Assembly (NCBI RefSeq): GCF_001194135.2
Contig: NC_068985.1
Span: 20,360,508 to 20,412,886 of the forward strand
Origin: Octopus bimaculoides
Taxonomy: Eukaryota
Reading direction: 5' to 3'
Length of the DNA: 52,379 nucleotides
Shown here: piece by piece, positions 21,868-35,077 of the stretch
Layout of the letters: every line of letters begins with the position of its first letter
Position numbering within the stretch: position 1 is the first letter of the stretch
Position numbers and translations under genes: made by a program
Notes under the pieces: generated by a model
The model's input: the letters and a program-made list of their open reading frames with translations, nothing else
Told to the model about the DNA's origin: nothing
Databases searched by the model: none

Positions 21868-22116
21868 TCTGTAAAGTGGTTGGCATTTGGAAGAGCATCC
21901 AGCTGTAAAAACCTTGACAAAACTGACCTTGTCTGTGCTTGTGCCACATAAAAAGCACTCAGTCCACTCTACTGACTGGTTGGTGTTAGGGCATCCAGCT
22001 GTAAAAATTCTGCCAAAACAGTTGCAGAAGTCTGGTGCAGGCCTCTGCCTGGCTGACTCCTCCCAAACTGTCCCACCCATGCCAGCATGGAAGGCAGATG
22101 TTAAGTGATGATGATA
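21868..22116 (+). mobile_element. Two tandem RTE 3'-end modules (family C)
   Basis: GTGGTTGGCATTTGGAAGAGCATCCAGCTGTAAAA occurs at about 21875 and again at about 21977; the second ends in GATGTTAAGTGATGATGAT. Confidence 0.8.
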
Positions 22117-22469
22117 ATTCCAAGCTGTTTTCTTTTTTACTTCTTTACACAGGGGTTCTTCATACATCTTTACACATATATATACATAAAATTATAACTT
22201 AATCTACTTCCTCTGGGAGGGGCTTATATCCCTGACACTCTTTACTCCATTTTCTACATATTTTTATGCTTTTTTTCGATGGTAATGTTTTTCAGTCTAG
22301 ATAAATGAATGTAAATGCTTTCCCAAATAAAACTGCGCTTCATGTTTGAAGTTCCAATGAAGCTACAGGGTGATACACAAGTAGTCAATTATGAGTGCAT
22401 TGTATCCTATAACAGAAACAGCTGTAAGGTAATGAAGTTTATGACACATAAAAACTACCCAGTACAATT

Positions 22470-22628
22470 TGTAAAATGGTTGGCATTAGGAAGAGCATCT
22501 AACAGTAAAAATCATGCCAACATAGACAATGGAACCTGGTATGGTTCCCAGCCTTACCAACTCTTGTCAAAGTGTCCAACCTAAGCCAGTATGGAAAATA
22601 GACATTAAATGATAACGATGATGATGAT
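22470..22628 (+). mobile_element. RTE 3'-end module (family C), degenerate
   Basis: GGTTGGCATTAGGAAGAGCATCT...AGTATGGAAAATAGACATTAAATGATAACGATGATGATG. Confidence 0.75.
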
Positions 22629-23074
22629 ATATATATATACATATATATTATTATTTTTATTGTATTTGTGTAACATTGTTCGTTTTTTTCCATACTTGTT
22701 TTTGTATACATTCGCTGCTTTCTTCCAAGGAATCTAATGCTCTTAGCTTAGTGTTTCCTTGGAGCTGGCCAGATTGGAGAAATATCGAGAATAACCAGCC
22801 AAAATTGCAAAGATAATCTGGATCTTGACAAAGGAAAGAAAACTCTGAATGATCTGTCCTTGTTTTCTTTGTATTGTCTATCTGGATGTGTTGTTGTCTC
22901 TTTCTTGTATCACCTAACTGTCTGGATGTTTTGCGTTCTTGTCCCATTTTGTATTATTTATACATACATATATATATNNNNNNNNNNNNNNNNNNNNNNN
23001 NNNNNNNNNNNNNNNNNNNNNNNNNNNNNNNNNNNNNNNNNNNNNNNNNNNNNNNNNNNNNNNNNNNNNNNNNN

Positions 23075-23159
<85 letters not shown>

Positions 23160-23565
23160 ATATGTTACGTTCTGTTAGATGTTTTTGCATTAATTTATAT
23201 ATGACTCAAAAGTATTTGGATTTCTTATCTTTTCCAGTTCTCTGCTAAATCTGATACACTAGGATTATATTTTTGTTGGATCACCAAAATATTTTATCCC
23301 TATCGCTAATACATAATGCCCCTTTTGTTATTGCTTATGAAAGTCATGTTTCTGTGAATAAATTTACACATAATGCGGTAAAACCTGAGAAATATGAAGT
23401 TTTTGTTGGTCTGGATTAACATTGGAGAGAATATTTAAGTTTCTCACCAGCACCAGTGTGTATAATAATCAGTCTATACTAAAATATTAGCTGATGAAGA
23501 ATGATGATGTATGGTCTTTTTTGCCGGAAACAAATTATTTTGTCAAAAATAACAAATATAAAATA

Positions 23566-23722
23566 CAGTAAACTCCCCCTTAACTAGTAATCAAATAATT
23601 GGAACTCTTAAGCAATCAGCTCCTAGAAAAAATTTTAAAAATGTTTTGCTAATTAGAGCCTAGAGAATTTGTGCTAATTTGTAGTAATTAATTAACTGTC
23701 ATTAAAGAAAGAGATTCTACTG
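23566..23722. mobile_element. Probable pogo/Tigger-type MITE
   Basis: TA|CAGTAAACTCC ... GAGATTCTACTG|TA gives a CAGTA terminal inverted motif with TA on both sides; the TIR match is short. Confidence 0.45.
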
Positions 23723-24104
23723 TATCTAAAATGGTTTGTTGCTTCTCAAAATATAGTATTGTATTTTATTTTACTGCACTTAATAAAACTTGTTATCTAT
23801 TTAAATTATATTTTCATTTATTTCTATTTCATTTCTACTATATTCAGACTATTAATGATAATACTGATGGATACATAAAGTTTCAATGAATTTTGTAAGG
23901 TGTTAGGTAATTTAAAAAGTGATGATAAGATATGGGGAAAATTGAGATATCTGGCAACTCTTCTGTTCTAATGGTGCCAGATAGAAGGGAGTTTGCTGTA
24001 TTACATGCATTTATTTTCATATACAATATAACCTGATTTGTTTGCATTAAGTCACATAACTGTCTTTACATTGCTAAATATATTCACAAAAGCATCAAGG
24101 TTTT

Positions 24105-24340
24105 TTTCAAGCCATAGGCTCACAAGGCTGGTTTACTGGATTCTGTGATATAGACTCCCCTGCTGGATTGGATGTCAGTGCATCATGAGGTCGCTAATTT
24201 TTGCCAGCTGAGTGGACTGAAGCAACATGAAATGAAGTATATTGCTCAAGAACACAACTCATTGCCCAGTTCAGGAATCAAAGCTACAGTGTTTTGATCA
24301 TGAGAGCAACACCCTGACCCCTAACCATGTATCTCCACTC
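24105..24340 (-). mobile_element. SINE family D, degenerate
   Basis: GCCAGCTGAGTGGACTGAAGCAACATGAAATGAAGT..TTGCTCAAGAACACAAC matches 9695-9750 and 46765-46822. Confidence 0.8.
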
Positions 24341-25579
24341 TGACTATAATACTATTTATAATACTATTTATAATTCTCAGAAATATAAAGTTAAAACTGT
24401 TGTTCTTTAAGGTGTGTCCCTTTATGCTCAATAATTCAACTGTTCAATAAAATAAGAAACAGTCTGAAATATGTACTTGAGCAGATGAAATCATTAAACT
24501 GTTGAAGGTGGTGTCTCAGTCAGATCTCAGACTGATGAATGAAACCAGTTAAAGAGTAAAAGAGTATATTTATAATTAGTAACATATGTTTAATTATGGT
24601 AGTAAAAATGGGTGTGAGATAGGATCCTCCCAAAAATACTCAAAATGAATGCCCTAAAAATAACCAATACACTTAGAAAAGAGTGAAAATATATAGTATT
24701 GAACCAAATGGTTTGCTATGATGTCTTAGTCAACTAAGAGATAGTAAGGTTGAAGGAAATGTGATGAAGTATGATTGCTGCTTCTCTCAGTAAGAATATG
24801 AAGCAGTTTTGAACAACTGTTTTGGTGCTGCTTATTTGGCATTGCTGATTCGATGCTGACCTGTTTGACATCAGGTGTTCTAAGGTTTTATTTTAATGTT
24901 TCTCTCATTCTCTCTCTTCCCTTTTGCTTTTTATTTTGTTTATGTCTGTGAGATTATTTCTCTTTATGAGTATGAAGAGAGACAAAGTGTTTATGTCAGT
25001 CGTTTTCAATTAATAAATTGTAATCTCTCTCTCTCTCTCTCTCTTTATATATATGCATATACCTATATGTTGCTTTNNNNNNNNNNNNNNNNNNNNNNNN
25101 NNNNNNNNNNNNNNNNNNNNNNNNNNNNNNNNNNNNNNNNNNNNNNNNNNNNNNNNNNNNNNNNNNNNNNNNNNNNNNNNNNNNNNNNNNNNNNNNNNNN
25201 NNNNNNNNNNNNNNNNNNNNNNNNNNNNNNNNNNNNNNNNNNNNNNNNNNNNNNNNNNNNNNNNNNNNNNNNNNNNNNNNNNNNNNNNNNNNNNNNNNNN
25301 NNNNNNNNNNNNNNNNNNNNNNNNNNNNNNNNNNNNNNNNNNNNNNNNNNNNNNNNNNNNNNNNNNNNNNNNNNNNNNNNNNNNNNNNNNNNNNNNNNNN
25401 NNNNNNNNNNNNNNNNNNNNNNNNNNNNNNNNNNNNNNNNNNNNNNNNNNNNNNNNNNNNNNNNNNNNNNNNNNNNNNNNNNNNNNNNNNNNNNNNNNAT
25501 GTGTATATTTCTGCATGTGTGTGCATGTATTTGTCTACAGTGCCAAATAATACTGTCACCAAAGCAGGTTGAATGTTCA

Positions 25580-25794
25580 ATTTCTTTATTGCCCACAAGG
25601 GGTTAAACATAGAGAGGACAAACAAAGGGGTTAAGTCGATTACATCAACCCAGTGCGTAACTGGTACTTAATTTATCGACCCCGAAAGGATGAAAGGCAA
25701 AGTCGACCTCGGCGGAATTTGAACTCAGAACGTAACGGCAGACGAAATACCGCTAAGCATTTCGTCCGGCATGCTAACGTTTCTGCCAGCTCGC
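25580..25794 (-). mobile_element. SINE family A, young copy with alternative tail and 17-bp TSD
   Basis: Perfect TSD AGCAGGTTGAATGTTCA (25563-25579 and 25795-25811). CpGs are retained. The sense tail ends ...GTTTAACCCCTTGTGGGCAATAAAGAAAT, unlike the other copies. Confidence 0.95.
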
Positions 25795-26573
25795 AGCAGG
25801 TTGAATGTTCAGTCAGCCATACCAAATTGTCAGCAAACAAATAGCTATGCTGAATCATCTCATTCTGTCTCACAAAATGGTTAGAGAAATTCTATATTTA
25901 GCACACCGCCCACAATATTCTGTTGTCACGCTCCGAACTTGTTTAAGGACATTACAACTACAACTACAACATATGAGTGAAGCATGTCAGTATATTCTTT
26001 TCATTGCTGCATATTCTTCAATATGAATGGTGATGCATCTGCAATATTATTTTTCAGTGTAAGTAGGTAATCACCTTAAATATGTGCTGACAGTAAATGT
26101 AGCTTGAATTGCAATACGAAAACAAACAAACAAAATAAAAGAAATCATGTGTAAGAAATAAAAAAAAGAAAAATCAGCAGTTTGTAAACATGAAACTGAT
26201 AGCTCAATCAATATCTTTTAAAACATCTTGCCTGTATAAATATAAAAATCACACCTACATATCAAATATAATATATTGCATCATATAATATAATTATATA
26301 GTGTAAAATGATATGGCATGACATGATATATGATATAATATATGCATTATATATACGATATATATGATATGACATATATATATATATAGACACACATATG
26401 CGTGCACACACACAAAGTGCTTGGGTTATAATTTCCTTTATGGATTTAGTTTCGGACATTAGGGTCTTTTCTATTCCTTTTTCTTTTTTTAGATTCAGTC
26501 AACCGGAGTATAAAATTCCAAGTCTCACTAAGAATATTTGTAATTTCATATAAATTTATCGTCGATATATATT

Positions 26574-26797
26574 CTTTTCTACTCTAGGCACAAGGCCCGA
26601 AATTTTAGGGGTGGGGGGAGGGGAGCAGTCGATTAGATCGACCCCAGTGCGCAACTGGTACTTAATTTATCGACTCCCAAGAGGATGAAAGGCAAAGTCG
26701 ACCTCAGCGGGATTTGAACTCAGAACATAAAGACAGACGAAATACCGCTAAGCATTTCACCCAGTGTGCTAACGTTTCTGCCAGCTCATCGCCTTAC
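26574..26797 (-). mobile_element. SINE family A with 14-bp TSD
   Basis: TSD CGTCGATATATATT (26560-26573) / CGTTGATATATATT (26798-26811). Confidence 0.95.
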
Positions 26798-26876
26798 CGT
26801 TGATATATATTGAAAGCAATTTACAAACCTCTATGTCAAATGACTTTAAGCAATGGTTTACAATGTCATTATTATC

Positions 26877-27091
26877 GGTTTTGGCGCACCGGTAGAATCA
26901 TTAGTATGCTGGATAAAATGCTTAGTGGCTTTTCATCTGTCTTTACATTCTGAGTTTAAATTCTGGCAACGTTGACTTTGCTATTCGTCCTTTTGGAGTC
27001 AATAAATTAAGTACCAGTCACATACTGGGGTCAATGTAATTGACTTATCCGCTCCCCTGAAGTTGTTGACCGTGTGCCAAAATTTGAAACC
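26877..27091 (+). mobile_element. SINE family A, older copy, inverted and head-to-head with the previous copy
   Basis: GGTAGAATCATTAG...GAGTTTAAATTC...GACTTTGCTATTCGTCCTTTTGGAGTCAATAAATTAAGTACCAG...GTGTGCCAAAATTTGAAACC. Confidence 0.88.
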
Positions 27092-28339
27092 ACTATTATC
27101 AGGTCCTGCATAATGGGATATTTCCTATTATATATGATATAGATCAGAAACACACAAATTAAATACTTTCAAAATATCATTATTTGGTTTGACTTCATTA
27201 TTACAGTTTATATAATTTGATGCCAGCACAAACTAGCCTGTCCTGACTCTAATGAGGATTTAGAGTTGTATGTTGTATTTGATTTGAGTTGAAAATTCTG
27301 GTACCATGCATTGCTTCTTAGCAAAACATGAAATACGCACACACACACACACACACACACACAAATAATACATACATACATACATACATATATATATATT
27401 GGAAGACACTTTACGAAAGTGCTTCATAGTGGAATCAAGCCTGGAACCACATGACTAAATATTTTTAAGACGCATATACATTCCTACAGACTGATTATGC
27501 ATTTGCATGTGAGTACGCATGCATACTGATGTAATTATGGATTAGAAACTGTGTTCAGAGAAAGCTTTAATTCGTCCAGCATGCACTAAATATCTGCCTA
27601 CGTAGTTGAAACTGTTAGAAACACATAGAAGGCATTTATTTCCTTAGACTCTGAACTATTTTCTTTTTATCTTCAACTATGGACAACTCAAGGGAGGAAA
27701 AACTTGCCATAAATATTCTTTACTTTGTTGCACGCCAACTATCTCTTTTTATCTTGAGCAATCAATGTTATATCAGTTTTCCTGTTAGAAGAGGGTTGGT
27801 TAGCTAATTCACAAGTGTGGTCTTATGAAATAGCTTCATTTGAGTTAATGACAGAGAAGTAAGAATGAAAGAATCATGGAATGATCAAGGGAATACAGTT
27901 ACTAAAGAATTGTGAAAGGAATGAAAGTTCCAAGAAATAATGAAAGAATAAAGACATGTTCAAGGGAATAAAGAAAAGAAAAACTAAGAAATATAAATGA
28001 AATTATTTTGTTTTGGGGGAATTTGCAAAGAAGGGAGAAAATGTATACTTTTTTTATACTTGTTGCTTATAGTTTTATTTGCTAATGTATTTATATTCTT
28101 CAGCCACAAAATATTGCTTATATTAAACTTAATCTCTTGCTAAATTTACAATTTATATAATCTTCTTTTTCTGAAAGAGTATTGAAATTTGCTTCAAGCA
28201 TTGCAAGATGCAGATGATATAAATGTTTGAGAAGTTGGGGAAAATATGTAAGGTGGTATCAATAAATGAGAAAAGAAGGAAGATATTGTATTACCTAATA
28301 TAGGTTGTTTAATGCGCTTAAAATATTTTGAGAAAGATT

Positions 28340-29160
28340 AGCCTTTTCAAATAAAGAAAGACAATAATCAAAGAGTTTGAAGAAAGGTGTTGTCACCAGC
28401 AGACCATTCTGGTATGTAGTAATGAAAAGCAATGATGGTTTACAGCATTTATAGTTGTGGTTGGTTAAGACACACGGTACCAGTAGAAACAATTAGTATG
28501 ATGTGGCAAGAACAACGGCAGTTAGTATCTCGGCAAAAAGGTGTTTGAAAGAGTAGTGGCAAAGATCACTTGACAATAGCTGAACTTCAAGGTTAGCCAG
28601 TAAGGTATTTTGTGATTCTCCTTCTGTTAAAAAGGGTAGGATGTATTAAGCAGTTAGATGTGGTAAAATATGTCGTAGTGATGTGGTGAATGTATGTGAA
28701 GTAATAAAAGAAAGAGATGAGAGTTACATAATGACAGAGATTTATGCTCAAGGCGCTTATCATGCCTGAGGAATGCTCAGCTACTTAAACATTAATTCAG
28801 AAGCAGGTTTTAATTGATCAAACAAGTCAATTCTTATTGTCAGAAGGTGGAAATCCACCCTATATAATTAGATGAATTGCAGTGATGCTGATACTGAATG
28901 TCAACCATGTGTTTGAGGGGAATGTTTTGCACACCAAATACAAATACAGTAGGGCCTCACATATCAAATATAGTAAGCTGAAAGCTGATAAATGAGGTTA
29001 TTCATGCAATTGCTATGTAAACATTTCCTTTAGATATGTATTTAAAAATCTAAAGACAACAGGCAAAGGAGGCAACTCTAATAAAAATGAATTGGAATTT
29101 TATAGGAACTGCAGTATGAGATAAATTGAACCAGTTGGTGAAAGCACCGAATATGTTTTA
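28340..29160 (+). mobile_element. Possible highly decayed Tc1/mariner transposase
   Basis: Scattered peptides across frames (FSNKE.KTIIK; VARTTAVSISAKRCLKE; QGAYHA; PCV*G; terminal GESTEYV) loosely follow Tc1/mariner motif order (QDGAPAH, YxVWG, GGHFEH). The match is weak and by eye only. Confidence 0.28.
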
Positions 29161-29233
29161 GTCTTATTAAACTTCCTCAGTGATATATATTCTACTCAGT
29201 TGGCAATAATAGGAGTGATCAATACACACGCAT

Positions 29234-29337
<104 letters not shown>

Positions 29338-30332
29338 TTAGGGTTGACTGTTGGAAGAAAGAATATTCACAACCATAGGAGTACATTTATTTTGTTTGAG
29401 TCAGTCTCTTACTAATCTGAGTTTTGCCTGGATGGTTATTTTTTTGTTTCCTTGCCAAATGAACACATGCACTATATATTTGTTCTTCACTCATTTATTA
29501 TTGTCCTTCTTTTATTGTATGTCCATTGTCTGGAAATCTTTCATCATACATCTGTGATCTCTTCAGTGGTTCTTCTATTCCATATGTATCCTCCTGCTCT
29601 GTTTAGTCCATTCTGTCTTTCTATGATGTGTATCGTAATCATGCAAAGCAAATTCATGAATATTATATATTCATATATTCTGCTTAGCCAAAGCAATACT
29701 TATGACCAGTTTCTAGAAGTCAATATATTTGAATTTCACAGTGTTATATCAATTACTAAATGCATTACAAAAGAACTGGAGAAATACATGAACTACTTAA
29801 CCAAACACTTTTGCTTCTCTATAAATCCCTAAAAATATGAAACCATGTTTATATATCAGAGAGTTGATTTCTGGGACAATATTGATGGTATGTGCAAAGG
29901 CTGTGTTGCAAATTCTGGTTCCTACAAATTAACTATATTTTCTTGGTGTTTGAAGTTGCTAAATTTTCTTACAGGTTTATTTGAATAACCACTCAAACAG
30001 CAGTAGTTGTCTTTAATGTGGAACTGGGGTATTTGGAAATGTATTGCTTTGAAGGCACCATGTATTTCCTCACTTGCTTATCTTTTACTATTGAATCTAT
30101 CATTAAATTGGTAAATAACTTAAAATGTCATTTTCTATTATTCTTGGAGACAGTACTTAGAAAATAAGAACATGTTGAATATTTCCTTTGAATATGAACA
30201 AATTAAAATCATTGAAACAAAGAATAAAAAAAGAAAGTATATTTCGTTTTTAATATCTTAATCAAATGCTATCGTGGATACGAGTCTTCTTTCTTTTATC
30301 TTTTCTCTTTCAATTACATTGCTTTTTCTCTC

Positions 30333-30416
<84 letters not shown>

Positions 30417-31049
30417 CATGTAAACACATATACCACCTCACATACTGAATATGACATGGACATGTCTAAATATTAACAGAAGGAAATAAACTAATATTTT
30501 GCTGGGAAAACATTGACAGCTTTATTTTTCCCTGTCACTTGTCACTGAGATATTTTTGAAAGTTAAAAAATATATACATATAACTATTTAAAAAAGGTTG
30601 AAAGGATTTAAGGAAAAAAAAGAAACAAGAAAATATCAAGAAGATAACTGATTGAAATTACAGAATTTCAACTGCATTGATTATGCAGTTTATAGTTTTC
30701 AGTCTTCTGAATTTGTACATAAAAATTCTAAAAAGTATAAGAATATGCAACAATGAGAGAGCTAAACAAGTTCTTTGTGGTAGTTAGTATGGCACTTCAT
30801 GCTTGTGAATTGAAATATTTCTATAATTGATTCTCCAACTACTATAAAATAGATACTGGTAAAATATTCAAATCAATTCAATTATATTCCCAATGTACTT
30901 ACAAAATGACTATTGGACCTAACCACTATGAATTCCATCAAAATTATCCTAAGAGATTATTCTAGATTATTTAGGGTGTGCAATGCAAATATCTTTATTG
31001 AAAGAGGGTGATGAATGTACCACCAGAGGAAGTGTTATCCTTAGGGTAA

Positions 31050-31480
31050 ATAATATTCAGGTGTAAGTGGATATTGTGGACCAGTATGAATTTGTCAGTA
31101 TGTGAGCACCAAATAAAGAAATCTCTTACACTGTTCAGGCAGTTTCCAGATCTTTCAGTCTTTCTAATATATATGTCTTCCCCTTTGGTGTGCTGTTGGA
31201 TTAGTAGAGAATTCACCATCTAACTCACTTTGAACATTCCAGTTATGACTGGTTGAACCTGTGGAAATCTGGTGATCGTACTTAAATTTACCTTCAGCCA
31301 TATCTATATAATGCTTCTTTTCAACTGGTTGATGTGAACCTCAACTTCTTAGACAACCATGTTGTATATCTGGTGTAAAAGACAGGTTTTGTCTTCCTGT
31401 TTGAGCAACAAAAGTATCACATTTCGATGGTTTGTTAATGGTGTGTTTTCATATTGGAAGAATAGATGGTGATGATTTTA
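31050..31480 (-). mobile_element. Possible decayed Penelope-like GIY-YIG endonuclease region
   Basis: Minus-strand peptides YSSNMKT, CCSNRKTKP, EKKHYIDMAEGKFKY and NCLNSVRDFFIWC follow the order of PLE motifs YSCMPNMK, CNCR, YIGMTEGxFKxR and CNLCLxEKxFII. Confidence 0.35.
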
Positions 31481-32630
31481 GTACAACCTCTGTAGGAAAT
31501 CTTTATTTAATATCATTCACTGGAAAATGTATATCTAAAAGAGTCAGTAATGTGTGTGTATATGACTGTGTATGCAATTCTGCTTAGGCATAGTGATAAT
31601 TATAAACAATTGTTGGAACTCAATATACATACACTTTACAGTAAGCCACCAGCTCAGTACAGGACGTAATTTTAATTAAAGAACGGGAAAAAAATGCAAG
31701 TTATTGTGATCTCCTTTATTAGTTTGCAACTGTTTTTATTATAAGAATGCACCCAGAGCTGAATACTCACGCAACATCTTATAGCAGAAACAGCTGTATG
31801 GTAATGAGAATAATAATGCACTTTCTGTTCTTTTTCATTCATTCATTCAGTATACATACATATACACACACATACATATACACACATATGCTCACACACA
31901 CACATAATATAAGGGCTGTAAAATATATAGAAGTATACATTATACATGGTGCAAATATTGGATATAGAACATGCTTCTTGAGGTTGGGTGGACAAATATT
32001 TGTTTTTTGATATACGAAACACACACACATACTGTAATATGAACTTCATGAGATAGGAAATGAAAACTCAGTATAAACTAGGATAAAGTATGTCATTTGG
32101 AAAGTCACCACTCAAGAGTTTTACTGACTGGAAAACTTTGAAGGATGGTACTTCATGAATGCGTGAATTTCATCGCCTGATGAACCGTTGAGCTAAAATA
32201 CCATATCATTCAGATATTACATAAGCAATTGGAAAAACTCGAAGTAATGACAATCTTAGAGACTACATATATGTGTGTGTATGTGTATGTAGCATGGTCA
32301 AATGATTAAAAAGCTTGCTTCATAATTACAAGCTACCCAAGTTCGATGTTACTGAATAGGGTTTTTTTTTTTTTGGCAGCCAGCTTGATTAATAAATTAG
32401 TGGCACGTTAACAGCCTTTACTTTCAATGCTATAATGTACTACAGAATACCATCATCCTTATCATCATCATCATCATCATCATCATTGTCATCATCATCA
32501 TCATCGTCGTCGTCTTCATCATTAATCATCATCGTTATTGTCATCATCGTTTTGATGTCCACTTTTCCATTCTTGCATGGTTCAGACAGAATTTTTTGAG
32601 GCATAATGATAATAATAATAATAATCCTTT

Positions 32631-32778
32631 TCATTATAGGCACAAATCCTGAAATTTGGGGGAGGGTTAGTCAATTAAATCGGCGTCCCCCACTCTCCCC
32701 AGTACTCAACTTGCACTTATTTTATCAACATCCGAAAGGACAAAAGCCAAAGTCAACTCAAGCAGCATTTCAATAATG

Positions 32779-32828
<50 letters not shown>

Positions 32829-32848
32829 TGATAATAATAATATTAATG

Positions 32849-32913
<65 letters not shown>

Positions 32914-33008
32914 TAATAATGATAATAATAATATTAATGATAATAATAATAATAATAATAATAATAATTAATAATGATAATAATAATAATAATGATAATA
33001 ATAATAAT
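32631..33008 (-). mobile_element. SINE family A 3' part plus ~235-bp (AAT)n array
   Basis: SINE tail and central domain at 32631-32772; (AAT)n/(GAT) array at 32773-33008. Confidence 0.85.
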
Positions 33009-33544
33009 CTTTGTATAAAAGAAAATTCTTACTGGGCCCCACCTGCAAGGTTATGTGCTGTTAATCTTGATATGTGATCACCATGTTGAGCACATATGGT
33101 TGTGATGTGCCTGGTGTACCCTTATCAGATGGGTAATCATGACGGGTATAAAGGGCTTTGTATATTTTACCCCAGTATCACTTTGATGGCATACACTGCT
33201 CTCTCACTCAATAATAATAATAATAATAATAATAATGATAATAATACAGACCTTTGGAAGCTTGTGGTGACAGTAGTAGGATCAATGTTTCTATGAAGTT
33301 TACTATTTGTAGTTTTAAGGCAATACCAGTCAAGCCAAAAGAAAGTGAATATATTTTAACTACTTTGATTGGGGAAATAGAATAAGGTTTAAACACAACG
33401 GAATATGTAGAAGGAGTCATTATGGAATAGATTGCCTACATCATACATTTATGTGATCAAAGCTGGATAAATTCAGTTAACATATTTATTTTGCAATGCA
33501 CACAAAAATAACAAACGAATTATTATTAATTGAAAACTAAGACA

Positions 33545-33750
33545 ATGAGCTGACAAGATCATTAGTGTGTCAGATAAAATGTGGAGTGCCATTTCTTCTG
33601 AATCATTATGTTCTGATTTCAAATTCTGCCGTGGTCAACTTTACCTTTCTTGCTTTTGGTTTTGATAAAGTAAGGACCAACCAAGGACTGGGGCTGATGT
33701 AATCGACTGACCTTATCCTCTTAAAATTGCTGGCTTTATGCCAAAGTTAG
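33545..33750 (+). mobile_element. SINE family A, old copy
   Basis: GTTCTGATTTCAAATTCTGCCGTGGTCAACTTTACCTTTC...GATAAAGTAAGGACC...GATGTAATCGACT. Confidence 0.78.
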
Positions 33751-33869
33751 ATAATTTAACCATAAACTTAAATATGCCTGTTAGTGGCACAGTTAGAAGC
33801 TTACATTACTTCAGTTGTATTTATTAACATTTGTATCAATTAGCTTAACCGATAGTGTTTAATTCCAAC

Positions 33870-34181
33870 CAGTGGCAGACTGGGTCTAAAAATATTGGCT
33901 GCCAGGAAGCTAAGGGGACCCACCCAAAACAACAAGGGGCCCACCCACAACTACAATGCTATCATTTAATATTTTGTTTGTTAAAAGTATTCTTTTCAAC
34001 TGTCTACAAACACAGCCAGGCTGAAATGATTAATTGCATTCTTTCAGGAATTAATAACAAATTCTCAAATTTGAGGGGATGGGCCCCTTAGATACTAACA
34101 TGGGCCCCCATATATGGATTCTAATGGTGCTGGGACCCACTTGCCATCGGGCAAGCTGACAACTTGGCCAGTCCACTACTG
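33870..34181. mobile_element. Non-autonomous hAT MITE (312 bp)
   Basis: Perfect 8-bp TSD ATTCCAAC (33862-33869 and 34182-34189), TIR CAGTGGCAGACTGG / CCAGTCCACTACTG (11/14) and multiple subterminal GGGCCC/GGACCC motifs. Confidence 0.92.
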
Positions 34182-34384
34182 ATTCCAACTAACTAACAAA
34201 AAAGAGTTATTTAAAAAATATAAAAAAAGAATCTATGCTATATACGTGTGGCAATCTTTCTAACTTTAATACATATAAAATGGTGAATAGAGTAAAATGG
34301 ACTGCCACAATTTAAAGTGAAAGATAAACAAACAATTGTTAATATGTGGCATTATTTGGTAATAATGATGCCACATATTACTAC

Positions 34385-34486
34385 AGTAAGTCCTGGGATC
34401 AATTTGTTTCACTAAAGGTGGTGCTCCAGCATGTCTGCAGTCAAATGGCTGAAACAAATAAAGGAATAAAAGAATAAAAGAATATT
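34385..34486 (+). mobile_element. Family B SINE tail fragment
   Basis: TAAGTCCTGGGATCAATTTG...AAAGGTGGTGCTCCAGCATG..GCAGTCAAATGGCTGAAACAA(ATAAAAGA)n. Confidence 0.85.
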
Positions 34487-34996
34487 TAAGAACAGTAATG
34501 ATGTAAATTTAAAAGTTTACTTCTGTGTGAAAGTGGTCTTCAGAAGGTCAATTTGATCCAGTTTCTTATCTGGTAGCATTTCGCAATGCCATCTGCTTAC
34601 CCTATCTTTGTTTTTTTCATGAAACATAAAGAGAAATATAGCTAAAAGGTTCTTAACATCAAAACGCAACCCCCTTCCTACTAGTCAGCACTGCTATAGG
34701 ATCAATTTGTTAAATTAAAAACTACTTGAAAGCGACCTGCCGTAGTACTCCTGACATGCAAAACATAATAGCACTGAAATCAGTAACACCTAAGGTGATG
34801 TGTGCACACATAAAAGCAAGGAAACATGCCTACTTAACCAATCTTGCAACAGCAAATCATTAATATGTGAGGTGGAAGTTATCTCCGTTTACAAGAATGA
34901 AAAAACTGAAGCGAAAACAGCATTGGGATGGTTGAGGGCAGCTTCAAAGATTCAAGGATGTGTGTGTGTGTGTATTATTTATGAGAGTATACATAT

Positions 34997-35077
<81 letters not shown>

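Noticed and set aside
23488-23535. CTGATGA ... GGAAAC hammerhead-like string (also CCTGATGAACCG at about 32178)
   Set aside because: Stem II is not adjacent to GAAA, or GAAA is absent; no valid topology.
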